A stretch of DNA of 64,000 bases, taken from an uncultured delta proteobacterium. GTDB lineage: Bacteria > Myxococcota > Myxococcia > Myxococcales > Myxococcaceae. This document shows, piece after piece, positions 49,680-59,623 of the stretch; the first letter of the stretch is position 1; every line of letters begins with the position of its first letter. The notes beneath the pieces are model-generated. The model did not search any database, was not told the origin of the DNA, and saw only the letters and a list, made by a program, of their open reading frames with translations. The position numbers were made by a program, and so were the translations under genes. The stretch is taken from contig CAVQKE010000003.1 of assembly GCA_963713045.1 (NCBI GenBank), positions 256,001-320,000 of the forward strand. The letters are read 5' to 3'.

Positions 49680-51113
49680 ATGGAACTCCCCCCTTCGGAA
49701 CTGCACGAGCGCTCGCGGGCTTCCACCGCAGAAACTGAAGCCGGCGAAGGTGGAGCAGAGGAGCCGTCGGGCCGTTCACTGCTGGTGAGCGCGGAGCGCG
49801 GATGCTTTGCCTTCCCCGTCACTTCGGGCAAGCGCTATGTCATCGGCCGCGCGCCGGAATGCGATGTCGTCGTCGACGACGCGTCCGTTTCCCGACGGCA
49901 CGCTGCGATTACGGTGGGCGCGGATGCCGTAATCGAGGACCTCGGGAGCACGAATGGAACGACGGTCCAGGGCGGACGGGTGGTGCCTGGAACACAGACC
50001 CGGATCGACTTGGGCATGGCGGTGCAGGTGGGCTCTGCCATCGTTGTGTTGCATCGGAGCCCTCGGCTCCAGACCTCGACCTCTCCTAGCGCCATGCCCC
50101 CCGCTGAGTTGGTGCTTCGCGATCCCGCGATGCAGCGGCTTTACGCGATGCTGACTGTCATTGGGCCCACGACGCTGAGCGTGCTGCTCCTCGGCGAGAC
50201 CGGGGTAGGCAAGGAAGTTCTTGCCGACGCGCTGGTGCGACATTCTACGCGCAGCAGCGCTCCTCTCATCAAACTGAACTGCGCCGCCCTCCCAGAATCC
50301 CTCCTCGAAGCGGAACTCTTCGGTGTCGAGAAAGGTGCCTTCACCGGCGCCACCCATTCCAAGAAAGGGCTGTTCGAGGCTGCTCACGGCGGCACACTGT
50401 TTCTGGACGAAGTGGGGGACATGTCTCCTAGCACCCAGACCAAGGTGTTGCGTGCGCTGGAGAGTGGTGAAGTCCTGCGACTGGGGAGTGCCACTGCGCG
50501 AAAGGTGGACGTGCGGTTCATCTCCGCCTCGAACCGCAACCTCCGTGAGCTGGTGGCGGCGGGGACGTTTCGCGCTGATCTCTTCTTCCGACTCAACGGC
50601 ATCACGCTTACTCTGCCGCCGCTTCGTTCGCGGCCGGCGGACATTCTTCCTCTGGCGAGGCATTTCCTAGAGCACGTGTCCCTCGGACTGGGGAGGAACC
50701 CTCCACGGCTGAGCGATGAAGTCGAAGAGATCCTTCAACACCATCCTTGGCCTGGAAATGTCCGCGAGCTGCGGAACGTCGTGCTGCGAGCGGCCGTGCT
50801 GTGCCGCGGGGCGAGCGTCTTACCGGAGCACCTGCTGATGCAGGAGGATATGAGGGGAGCCGCCGCCGCAGCGAGTGGAGAGGTTCGTCCCGGCGAAGCC
50901 ACTCGCCGGCTTCCTCTGAAAGCGGCTCAAGCAGAGCTTCGGGGAAGTATGGACCAGTTCGAGCGCGAACACGTGCTGGCAGCGCTGGCACAAACGAACG
51001 GCAATCAAACGCGAGCTGCCGAACTGCTGCGCATCGCCCGCCGGACGCTAATCAAGAAGATGATTCGCCACGGCATTGAACGTCCACGTGCACGATCTCC
51101 GGTCGGACGTTGA
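49680..51113 (+). CDS. FHA-domain sigma54-dependent activator
   Basis: IGR...VSRRHA...DLGSTNGT (FHA), GETGVGKE, GAFTGA, HTH. Confidence 0.92.
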   Translation: MELPPSELHERSRASTAETEAGEGGAEEPSGRSLLVSAERGCFAFPVTSGKRYVIGRAPECDVVVDDASVSRRHAAITVGADAVIEDLGSTNGTTVQGGRVVPGTQTRIDLGMAVQVGSAIVVLHRSPRLQTSTSPSAMPPAELVLRDPAMQRLYAMLTVIGPTTLSVLLLGETGVGKEVLADALVRHSTRSSAPLIKLNCAALPESLLEAELFGVEKGAFTGATHSKKGLFEAAHGGTLFLDEVGDMSPSTQTKVLRALESGEVLRLGSATARKVDVRFISASNRNLRELVAAGTFRADLFFRLNGITLTLPPLRSRPADILPLARHFLEHVSLGLGRNPPRLSDEVEEILQHHPWPGNVRELRNVVLRAAVLCRGASVLPEHLLMQEDMRGAAAAASGEVRPGEATRRLPLKAAQAELRGSMDQFEREHVLAALAQTNGNQTRAAELLRIARRTLIKKMIRHGIERPRARSPVGR

Positions 51114-51462
51114 ATTGGGGACGCGGCCCGTCCTGACGAACGGGAGCGCAAAGAGTCAGTGTTGCTCCTGCTTCAGTGGAGCCGCCGGGCGTCCGTTTCT
51201 CCCGACGACATCAGCTTTTGGCACTAGCAACTCCCTGCTATCGGAAGTGCACAGGCCTGGACTGATGTGATGTCGCCTCGGTCGTTCCTTTTGGCGGAGG
51301 TCAGCATTCGCCCTCTTCAAGCTTCGGGCGCCCCCGTGCCAAGAAGGTTACCTGAGGTAATCGCCTTCCTTCTTGGGCGTACGCTAGACGGTGGGTGGAA
51401 ACCGCGAGCGCGGTTTGAGAGCACGAGTGGCATTACCCGCCACCGCGGCTGACAACTGCCCA

Positions 51463-52677
51463 ATGAAAGCGACCCTGCTACTAATCGCAATGGCGCTCAT
51501 CGTCCTCCCCGCGATGGCGCAGGCCGCCGATTTGGCGCTCGTCGGCGGACGCGTCTATTCGTCGGCCGACGCGCCACCCCTCGATGATGCAGTGGTGCTG
51601 CTCCACGACCAGGAGGTCGCCGCCGTGGGAAAGCGCGGTGCCGTAAGCCTTCCGGCCGGTACCAGCGTGATCGCCTGTCAGGGCAAGACAGTGGTCGCCG
51701 GCTTCTGGAATAGCCACGTGCATCTCACCGAGCCCGTATTTAGCGACGCCGCCCACGCGCCCTCCGGTGAGCTGGAAGAGCACCTCCGCGCGATGCTGAG
51801 CCGCTGGGGCGTTACCACCGCGTTCGACCTTGGTTCCCCGCCAGCAAGCTCGACAGCACTCCGCGACCGCATCGAGCGCGGCGACCTCGACGGCCCACGC
51901 CTGTTGCTGGCGGCTAGCGTTTTCCCGGCAGGCCCCAACCCCTCATACCTTCCACGCGACTTGGTGCTTCCCAAAGCGTCGTCAGCTGACGAAGCGGCTC
52001 AGCTTGCGCGCGATGGAATGGTCCGCACGGGCGACGGGCTCAAACTGTTCACCGGAGTCTTCCTGGGTCCCGACAAGCCGGTGCTTAATATGTCAATCGA
52101 CCTAGCGCGTGCCGCGACTGCAGTCGCTCACGCCGCGGGCAAACCAGTCTTCGCTCACCCGCAGAACCACGCGGGCGTTGCCTGCGCCCTCGCCGCCGGT
52201 GTCGACGTGCTCGCCCACACGGTTCCGACCGAAGGACGCTTCTCCGACGATGAGCTGGCCCGCGCTCGGGCACAGCACACGGCGCTGGTCCCAACCCTCG
52301 CGCTCTGGCGCATCGTGATGCGGGGTGCGCCACCCACCGCCGTCGCCGCAATGGTCAGAAATGGTGGAGATGAGTTGGGCCAGTGGTATCGCAACGGCGG
52401 AACGATTCTGTTCGGCACCGACGTCGGATTTCACGACCAGTACGACACCACCCAGGAGCTAGCCGACATGGCGAGCGCGCTGCCGTGGCGCGCCATCTTG
52501 GCATCGCTAACGACGAATCCCGCCACCTTCTTTCATGCGCCCAATCGTGGCCGCGTGGCGCCAGGGATGCGCGCCGACATCGTCGTACTCGACGCAGACC
52601 CCGCGCTCGACCCGCGAAACCTGGCCAAGGTCGCGTACACGATCCGCGACGGGCGCATCATTTATCAGCGTCGATGA
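51463..52677 (+). CDS. secreted amidohydrolase family protein
   Basis: Signal peptide, NSHVH, FAH, LAH, FGTD. Confidence 0.88.
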   Translation: MKATLLLIAMALIVLPAMAQAADLALVGGRVYSSADAPPLDDAVVLLHDQEVAAVGKRGAVSLPAGTSVIACQGKTVVAGFWNSHVHLTEPVFSDAAHAPSGELEEHLRAMLSRWGVTTAFDLGSPPASSTALRDRIERGDLDGPRLLLAASVFPAGPNPSYLPRDLVLPKASSADEAAQLARDGMVRTGDGLKLFTGVFLGPDKPVLNMSIDLARAATAVAHAAGKPVFAHPQNHAGVACALAAGVDVLAHTVPTEGRFSDDELARARAQHTALVPTLALWRIVMRGAPPTAVAAMVRNGGDELGQWYRNGGTILFGTDVGFHDQYDTTQELADMASALPWRAILASLTTNPATFFHAPNRGRVAPGMRADIVVLDADPALDPRNLAKVAYTIRDGRIIYQRR

Positions 52678-52847
52678 CCCTCCGCGACGACGCACCTAAG
52701 CAATCGAGAGGCTTTCTCTCCACGCGTTGCCCGCTGGGCGGAGCGAAGGTCGGGGGTGCTGGTGAATGCCTTGACTGAACGCTAACCTCCGCTCACAGTC
52801 ACCAAGCCTTGGCGTGCCGGCCGCTCCGGAGATTAGGGGACTTGGAA

Positions 52848-53201
52848 ATGTCTGGCGCCTTTTCCTCAGGCGGGGTCGCCGCTCTGGCGTGGGCGGTCCT
52901 GGCGGCTGCGCCACAGTCCTCCTCTGCTTCACTGAGCCAGCTGCGCGAGGATGCGCGCCAGTTGGTCAGCGGTCGCTGCGGTAGCTGCCACTCGGCAACG
53001 TCACCCAAAGCACTGCCTGGTGCCCTGAAGGTCTACAACGCAGATGAAGTCAACTGGACGAAGCGCATGTCCGACGCACAAGTGAAAAAAATCCTTGAGC
53101 GCTTTCGCGGACCAGCCATCCCGAAGGACGACATCGACCGTGTCACCGCGTACGTCGAAGCCGAACTCGCCAGCCGAAAGGCTCAGCCGCAACCGCCATG
53201 A
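52848..53201 (+). CDS. small monoheme c-type cytochrome-like protein
   Basis: Signal peptide and CGSCH. Confidence 0.65.
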   Translation: MSGAFSSGGVAALAWAVLAAAPQSSSASLSQLREDARQLVSGRCGSCHSATSPKALPGALKVYNADEVNWTKRMSDAQVKKILERFRGPAIPKDDIDRVTAYVEAELASRKAQPQPP

Positions 53202-53237
53202 GGCAAGTGCACGACGTTGTCGGACAGCCCAAGCCTC

Positions 53238-54287
53238 TCACGCGGCCTTTTTGGAATCCCGGAGCAACCCAAGTCTCAGTAAGCTCTCGGCGGTCGCAAC
53301 GATGGCGTCTTCGTTGGATCGCGGCGCCCAACCAAGCATCCGTCTAGCCTTCTCACTGATGGCATTCTTGAACTTTCCGAGTTCGGGGACGATTTGCCCG
53401 AGCGATGAGTCGAATAGCGAAGCGAACCGCAGGACCCAGTCAGGCAGCACTCTTGTCGGGACACGTCGCGCTGCGTCGCCCATCCTTGCCCGCAGAATTT
53501 GAGCGATTCCCTGCATCGTGACGAAGTCGCCGGCGACGGCCAAGAACCGCTCACCCTTCGCGGCACGACTGGTCATCGCGCGGAGGTGCAGGTCCGCTAC
53601 ATCCCGCACATCGACGATGCCAAAGGAGAGGCGGGGGAGGCCTGGCATCGCGCCGTCCATTAGACGACGAACGATCTCGATGGACGTTGAAAAGTCCGGC
53701 CCGAGGACCGGGCCAAAGACGCCCACCGGATTCACGACCGTTAGTTCCAGAGTCCCGCCCTCACGGGCGATAAAATCCCACGCCGCGCGCTCCGCCAACG
53801 TCTTCGACTTTACGTATGCGGTGACATCTCCGCGGTTCGGGTCAGTCCAGTTCTGTTCGGTAAAGGGCTGCCCTGTCAGCTTCTGGCCATAACCGATTGC
53901 CGCAAAAGACGAGGTCAGCACAGTGCGCTTGACGCCCGCATCCCGAGCGGCGCGCAGTACGCGCAGCGCTCCTTCGCGTGCCGGGATAATGAGGTCGTCC
54001 TCATGCTTGGGCACGCCCAGTGGAAAGGGCGAAGCCAGGTGAAGCACAAAATCGCAACCAGCGACGGCGTCGGGCCACCCTGAGTCGGACATCAGGTCGG
54101 CGGCGACAAAAGAGAGCGCCGCTCCCGGTCCTGCGCCTCCCGCCGTCAGCATCCCACGCACTGCGGCTTCACGAGTGAGCGAACGCACAGTCGTCCGCAC
54201 GCGGTAGCCAGCGTCCAAGAGCTGCAAGATTGCGTGCGCGCCAATGAAGCCCGAGCCTCCTGTGACAAGCACCAATTCGCCACTCAT
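53238..54287 (-). CDS. extended SDR, aldehyde reductase/DFR-like
   Basis: TGGSGFIG, HLASP, TSS, YVKSK. Confidence 0.9.
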   Translation of the reverse strand: MSGELVLVTGGSGFIGAHAILQLLDAGYRVRTTVRSLTREAAVRGMLTAGGAGPGAALSFVAADLMSDSGWPDAVAGCDFVLHLASPFPLGVPKHEDDLIIPAREGALRVLRAARDAGVKRTVLTSSFAAIGYGQKLTGQPFTEQNWTDPNRGDVTAYVKSKTLAERAAWDFIAREGGTLELTVVNPVGVFGPVLGPDFSTSIEIVRRLMDGAMPGLPRLSFGIVDVRDVADLHLRAMTSRAAKGERFLAVAGDFVTMQGIAQILRARMGDAARRVPTRVLPDWVLRFASLFDSSLGQIVPELGKFKNAISEKARRMLGWAPRSNEDAIVATAESLLRLGLLRDSKKAA

Positions 54288-54458
54288 GCCGGCCTCCTAG
54301 TTCGGACGCTTCTCATAATGCGGACCAATTTCGCCCGGCCACCTTTCGAAAGCGGGCGGTGGCTAACTCGTCGGCGCCGCGCATTCGCGACAGCGGGTCG
54401 ACACCTTTAAAGTCTTCGTCGAAGTGCAGGTGCCTCGGCCGGCGTTCTAGCTGAGCCG

Positions 54459-55418
54459 TCAGCTGCTTTCGCGTCGCTTGCGGTAATACGGCGACATACC
54501 GAGCATGTACTCACGCATGACTGGCTGTGACAACCGGGCAAAGGAGCGCTTCCACCCCAACAGTGCGGCGACGTCACGGACGATGTCCTCGAAGCTGTGC
54601 CGCTGATACTGGAAGACCCGTTGGCTTTCCTCGGTATCAAGCCAGTCGGTGCAGTAGGGCGTGGTGGTGAAGGCGGACTCAGGTAGCGGGCTTCCCATCT
54701 GCATTGCCGCCATGAACTTGGCCAGATAGTCGCCGTACTTCACCTGACAGCGCGGGCCGCCGCCAATGAGCCACACCCTCCCCCAGGTCTCCGGCATCGT
54801 CGCGCCTTTGGCGGTCACCAATCCGGCATCATAAGGGTGGAGCGTTTCCATCCGCTGGGACAGCGGAATCTCGAACATGATTGGCACCGGCTGGCGCAAC
54901 TCGAGCGGCGGAACGTCGGCATAGCGAAAAATCGCCCAGTCGAGCCCGCTCTCGCGCACCAGCGCTTCACAGGCCAGCTTGTGCTCGGTGTAGGCATCGG
55001 TCGCGGTGACCGGGTCGGACACCTTGCGCGGCGGCGGCTGGTCGGCGGTCCGACCGAACACGTCAAGGGAGGAGGCGAACAGGAATTTGGCCTCTGGCGC
55101 GTGGTTCTTAACGGCCTCGAGCAGGTTGCGGGTCCCGTCGACGTTCACCTTCCGCGCCTCGTTGGGTCTTTCGAGGCAGGCCGGTGGAATCACGTACGCG
55201 AGGTGGACCACCCGGTCGACGCCGCGCACCGTCGACGGCAACGTCTCAGGCCGGGTTACATCGCCACGCACGACTTCCACCGTGCTTGCCCAGTCATTGC
55301 TCAGCTTGGAGCTAGGTTTGCCGAAACTAAGCGCACGTACGCGATGGCCAAGCTTCAGCAGGGCGTTGACGCTGTGGCTACCAATGTTGCCGAACGCGCC
55401 GGTGACGAGGACATTCAT
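54459..55418 (-). CDS. extended SDR (epimerase/3-beta-HSD-like)
   Basis: TGAFGNIG, VNVDGT, ASS, YTEHK. Confidence 0.85.
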   Translation of the reverse strand: MNVLVTGAFGNIGSHSVNALLKLGHRVRALSFGKPSSKLSNDWASTVEVVRGDVTRPETLPSTVRGVDRVVHLAYVIPPACLERPNEARKVNVDGTRNLLEAVKNHAPEAKFLFASSLDVFGRTADQPPPRKVSDPVTATDAYTEHKLACEALVRESGLDWAIFRYADVPPLELRQPVPIMFEIPLSQRMETLHPYDAGLVTAKGATMPETWGRVWLIGGGPRCQVKYGDYLAKFMAAMQMGSPLPESAFTTTPYCTDWLDTEESQRVFQYQRHSFEDIVRDVAALLGWKRSFARLSQPVMREYMLGMSPYYRKRRESS

Positions 55419-55419
55419 T

Positions 55420-56094
55420 TCAGCGGAAAAACTTGATGTTGTCCTTCGGGATTTCAGGAACCTCGGGCGGCGGACGCAACCGCTCAGTGAGCGCGCGGGC
55501 GGCGGCGCTTACCAGCGAGAATGGCTGCTTGAGCGTGGTGTAACGACGGCCCAGACTCTGACAGACGAGGTCGGTGTAGAGACTTAGTGTCTGCGCAGCG
55601 GTCACCCAATCCCAGCAGCTGAGGAGTTCGTCGGCGACACCGAAGGGCAAACTGTAGGGAATCAGCCCGCGGGCATACTCGACCGCCCAGACGCCGTCGG
55701 TGAAATTCATCGCCCGCGCCTGGCCGGGCCCGACGTAGATACGGTCGCCAGGCTTATAGACTGTCTTCTCGAACTGGCCTTCGCCGTAGTACCAAGTCTC
55801 ACCGTCGATGACGGTGTCCCAGAAGCCGCTCAGGTGACGCCCGGAGTGGCCCTCGGAGCCAATCGGCGTCCCCCAAATCATGATGTATTCGCTGATGGAC
55901 GCGTAATAGAGCTTCATCTGAATCATCGCGCCCCCAGCGATGCTGTAGAGCCAGGGCTGACCGCGATCCAGAACGTCAGGGTACGCCTCTTCCATGGCAT
56001 CGGCGAACACGTCGAACATGGACGGCTTTTTGTGCCCGAGGCACTTCATCGCGCAGTCGTGGACCACATCGGGGTCGAAGACGTGCTTGGGCAT
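55420..56094 (-). CDS. ERG2/sigma-1 receptor-like protein (sterol C-8 isomerase-like)
   Basis: AGGAM..M..LYYASISEY...GTPIGSEGHSGRH...WAVEYARG.IP..LPFG.AD. Confidence 0.9.
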   Translation of the reverse strand: MPKHVFDPDVVHDCAMKCLGHKKPSMFDVFADAMEEAYPDVLDRGQPWLYSIAGGAMIQMKLYYASISEYIMIWGTPIGSEGHSGRHLSGFWDTVIDGETWYYGEGQFEKTVYKPGDRIYVGPGQARAMNFTDGVWAVEYARGLIPYSLPFGVADELLSCWDWVTAAQTLSLYTDLVCQSLGRRYTTLKQPFSLVSAAARALTERLRPPPEVPEIPKDNIKFFR

Positions 56095-56163
56095 GGGCTC
56101 CTCGAAAGAGAGAAACGTTCGGCGGGGGTACCGTGTAGCCCTGCGGTCCTGGCCTGATCAAGC

Positions 56164-56970
56164 TCAGTGTCGCCTGGTGGCGAACTTCCTCGTCTGGGCG
56201 GCAATCATCCGGAGGGTCGTCGTGCGAGGCAGCGGGGCGAGTAGCAAGGTGGTTAGCCGGTTGAACATCCCGGGCACCACCCGTGGCCGCCTTCCCAGGG
56301 CAGCCAGCGCGGCTTTCACCACGCGCTCCGGGTTCATCGCTGGAGGAAACAACGAAGTCCGCACCTGCGCGTAGGTCGGTGTCTCGGTCGGACCGGCAGC
56401 GCAGGTCAACACGTCCACGCCGCGCGGCTCGAGCTCCGCCCAGAGGCTATCACCGAAGCTCAGCGCAAAGGCCTTCGAACCGGCGTAGGTGGCCGAGAAT
56501 GGAGAGCCGATTATTCCAGCCACCGACGACATGAAGATGATGCCACCCCGTCCTCGCTCGGCCATCCGGCGGCCGAACAGGTGGGCCAGCACCAGCGGCG
56601 CTCGCACGTTCAGGTCGACGGAGCGCAACACGTCGTCGACGTCGAGGTCGACAAAGGCGGACATCAGCGAGAGCGCGGCGTTGCAGACGAGTAAGCCGAT
56701 CTCGAGGTCCTCAGTGGCCTCCGCGACTGTCCGGTGCAGACCGGGAGACGTCAAATCGAGTGCCAGTACCCTCGACTGAACGCCGTGCTGCTGGGAGAGC
56801 TCCGCTGCCAACGACTGCAGCGGCACCGCGCGCCGGGCAAGTAGCACCAAATTCAGTCCGCGGATGGCGAGCGCACGAGCGAAGGACGCGCCGATTCCTT
56901 CCGAAGCGCCTGCCACGAGCGCCCAGGGGCCGTAACGGGTCAGAAAGCGCCGTGGCTTCAGAGCAGCCAT
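56164..56970 (-). CDS. SDR (17-beta-HSD/ketoacyl reductase-like)
   Basis: YGPWALVAGASEGIG, YAGSK. Confidence 0.88.
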   Translation of the reverse strand: MAALKPRRFLTRYGPWALVAGASEGIGASFARALAIRGLNLVLLARRAVPLQSLAAELSQQHGVQSRVLALDLTSPGLHRTVAEATEDLEIGLLVCNAALSLMSAFVDLDVDDVLRSVDLNVRAPLVLAHLFGRRMAERGRGGIIFMSSVAGIIGSPFSATYAGSKAFALSFGDSLWAELEPRGVDVLTCAAGPTETPTYAQVRTSLFPPAMNPERVVKAALAALGRRPRVVPGMFNRLTTLLLAPLPRTTTLRMIAAQTRKFATRRH

Positions 56971-57716
56971 GGAATGACCGCGCGCCGCTCCGGGGGGTAG
57001 TCAGGGAAGTTCCGCTTGTACCAGCGGTGGTGAGAAAGGGCGCGCGGCAGCAGGTTGGCCGCGGTGAAGAGGAAAAACGAGAGTCCAGCCAGCGACCAGG
57101 TCGCGATTGCCCACGCACCCCACTCGATGAGCTCACCGAGGTAGTTAGGCGCCGATACCCAGCGGTAGGCACCACCCCGGGGGATTTTATAACCAGCGTG
57201 GCCCGGGCTGCGCAACGCGAACAGGATGTTGTCGGAGCGGATGTTCACGGCCATGCCGCTCGCAAACAGCAGCACCCCAACGATGAAGCGGGGATCCCTG
57301 AACCAACTCAGTGGGTAGTGTCCAAGCTGCGAAATCCACCGGGCGTTCACGTAAGCGTTGAGGAGGTTGAACGTGATTGCCATCGCCGGCACCGACAACG
57401 GCATCTTCTTCTGCGTCGCCTTCAGACGCAGCGGGTAGATGAAGGCCCGGTGGGCATAGTGAGTGAGCCACATGGCCGCCAGCGCAAGCGGCACCGGCTC
57501 AAGTGCGTGAGCGCCGAGCGCGTAGATACCGCCAAAGGCCAGCGCTGCTGGGCTTTCCATCAGCATCCAGCCGAGGCGGTTGGGAATCATCACGCCCCAG
57601 CCCTCACGGGAGTGACGACCGTAGGGAGCCACGACGAAAAAGAGCGAGATGAACACCATTGCGCCGACGGCGATGAGCCCCCAGGCTACCCAGTGGTGAA
57701 CTTGAACTTCGTTCAT
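56958..57716 (-). CDS. 3-oxo-5-alpha-steroid 4-dehydrogenase (SRD5A/DET2-like)
   Basis: APYGRH, WMLMESP, HYAHR, YKIPRGG, PNYLGELIEW, HHRWY, YPPERRAVIP. Confidence 0.93.
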   Translation of the reverse strand: MNEVQVHHWVAWGLIAVGAMVFISLFFVVAPYGRHSREGWGVMIPNRLGWMLMESPAALAFGGIYALGAHALEPVPLALAAMWLTHYAHRAFIYPLRLKATQKKMPLSVPAMAITFNLLNAYVNARWISQLGHYPLSWFRDPRFIVGVLLFASGMAVNIRSDNILFALRSPGHAGYKIPRGGAYRWVSAPNYLGELIEWGAWAIATWSLAGLSFFLFTAANLLPRALSHHRWYKRNFPDYPPERRAVIPWLL

Positions 57717-57827
57717 GGATGCTTGGCTTCCGAAGGATTTGCTCTGGTTATTTTTTTGGGGCCGTGGCTGCCTCAGCGTCGACGAGGCACTGTCGTCGCT
57801 GGTACCCAAGCTAGGTTAGCTAGCACT

Positions 57828-58112
57828 TCACCGTTCCAAAGTGCGCACGAGCTGCAAGTACGCCGCCCCGCGGGCGTCGAGGCGAAAGACTTCAGGCATT
57901 CTCACCAGCCGCAGCACAATTTCCTCGCATTTCGGACAGCGGAGAACCAGACCCGGCGCATGGATGAAAGCTGTCAGCGTGGCAATCGCTCCAACCGCTC
58001 CACAGTGGGCGCATTGACAGGGACTGTTCGTCATTTCGCGGCCGAAAACTTCATCGAGCAGACCCCCCACGGCGTTTCCGTCCAGTCTCAACGCGTCACT
58101 CATGTCACTCAC
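57828..58112 (-). CDS. DUF6510-like zinc-ribbon protein
   Basis: LDGNAVGG...CAHC...RCPKC. Confidence 0.8.
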   Translation of the reverse strand: MSDMSDALRLDGNAVGGLLDEVFGREMTNSPCQCAHCGAVGAIATLTAFIHAPGLVLRCPKCEEIVLRLVRMPEVFRLDARGAAYLQLVRTLER

Positions 58113-58884
58113 GGATGGACTCCTTTCCCGTCGGTCCGAAACGTTCGGTGCGGAGCCGTTCTGGCGGAACAGCCAGCTCTACCAGGGCATTCGCCGACGC
58201 TTCCACCATGAGGGTCGGACCACAGACGTACGCCAAGAAGGTGGTACCGAACGGACGCGCGATATCCGCCAGCATTGTCCTATCAATGCGACGTGCGTAG
58301 CCCTGCCAGTCCGGTGGTTGTTTGCGGGTAAACGTGTAGAACACTTCTGGCCCCCCCTGTGATGCCTGGAGGGCGTCCAACTCCTCTCGGTAAAAGACGT
58401 CAGCGGGAGTCTGGACGCTGTACAAGAGACGCGCCGGGACCGTACTGGCTACCGCCGCGCGATGGCGCAGCATGGCCATGAGGGGAACCATGCCCGAGCC
58501 GCCCGCGATGAGCAGCAATGGGCCGCCCATGCGGACCTCCCAAACAAAATACCCACCGATGGGTCCGCGGACCTGGACCTCATCGCCGACCACCAGCACG
58601 TCGGTGAGATAGCTCGACACCTCCCCGTCCTCGAGCCGCTCGATGGTGAACTGAATCTCGCCCACTCGCTCGGGGGCAGACGCAACAGAATAGCTTCTCT
58701 CGGCTTCGTACCCATCGGGCGCCACGAGGCGGACGTCGTAGTGCTGCCCAGCCCGGTGGGCAGTCCACTGGGGCAGAGCCAGCGTCAGCGTCTTCGCACG
58801 CGGTGTCTCCGCTTTGAGGCCGGTGACACGCGCTAGTTGCCAGTCCAACGGCCGCGGGCTCAGTACGCTGGTCGACATCCTCAA
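58105..58884 (-). CDS. ferredoxin reductase-like FAD/NAD(P) oxidoreductase
   Basis: RSYS, GEVS, AGGSG, YVCGP, TERFG. Confidence 0.9.
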   Translation of the reverse strand: MRMSTSVLSPRPLDWQLARVTGLKAETPRAKTLTLALPQWTAHRAGQHYDVRLVAPDGYEAERSYSVASAPERVGEIQFTIERLEDGEVSSYLTDVLVVGDEVQVRGPIGGYFVWEVRMGGPLLLIAGGSGMVPLMAMLRHRAAVASTVPARLLYSVQTPADVFYREELDALQASQGGPEVFYTFTRKQPPDWQGYARRIDRTMLADIARPFGTTFLAYVCGPTLMVEASANALVELAVPPERLRTERFGPTGKESIRE

Positions 58885-59498
58885 GCGCTGCTGTAGCGCT
58901 CTTCCTTCCAGGGGTCACCATGGTTGTTGTAACCAAGCGACTCCCAGAAGCCGGGCTGGTCGGTCTCAGTCAAGCGAAGTCCCCGCACCCACTTAGCGCT
59001 CTTCCAAAAGTACAGGTGAGGGACCACCAGCCGCGCGGGGCCTCCGTGCTCAGCGGCGAGCGGCTGTCCGTCATAGCGATAAGCGATGAAGGCTTGGCCG
59101 TCGACGACTTCGGCCAGCGGCAGGTTGGTGGTGTATCCGCCGTCGCAAAGGGCAATCAGGAAGCGCGCTTTGGGGTCGAGTTCAACCTGCCCGAAAAGAG
59201 TGTCGAGGCTGACTCCTCCCCAGTGCGTGTCGAGCTTGCTCCACTTCGTGACGCAGTGGATGTCGGCGATGAAGTCCTGGGAGGGAAGCTTCATGAACTC
59301 GCCCCAACTCCACTGGACGGCCTTACGCACCAGTCCCTCGAGCCCAAAGCTCCATTGCTCGAGCCGCGTCCTTGGTGTGGGACCGGCCGAAAGGACCGGG
59401 AAGTCCGGTGTGATGTACTGGCCAGGAGGCAGCCGGTCGGCAACGTCTGGCTCGCGGCGTTTTCCGACGAAACCCCGCGAGACGAATTTCTTGTCCAT
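58881..59498 (-). CDS. sulfite oxidase-like molybdopterin oxidoreductase
   Basis: RLPPGQ, DIHCVTKWS, HGGPARL, YFWKSAKW. Confidence 0.92.
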   Translation of the reverse strand: MDKKFVSRGFVGKRREPDVADRLPPGQYITPDFPVLSAGPTPRTRLEQWSFGLEGLVRKAVQWSWGEFMKLPSQDFIADIHCVTKWSKLDTHWGGVSLDTLFGQVELDPKARFLIALCDGGYTTNLPLAEVVDGQAFIAYRYDGQPLAAEHGGPARLVVPHLYFWKSAKWVRGLRLTETDQPGFWESLGYNNHGDPWKEERYSSA

Positions 59499-59623
59499 GC
59501 AAGCTCTTTCCTCTGCTGTCTGAAAGCTCGACTCTTCGCTGAGAGGGTTGAGGCGTGACTTGCTCGTCGTAGGAGAGAGCCGCCGAAACGCGTCCTTGGC
59601 TCGAAGGCCTCGGAAACCCGTCG

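Noticed and set aside
56760..58211. Long antisense or alternative-frame ORFs (for example 483 aa here, 25769-26743, 44566-45468)
   Set aside because: They shadow well-supported genes on the opposite strand, as expected in GC-rich DNA, and have no recognisable motifs.
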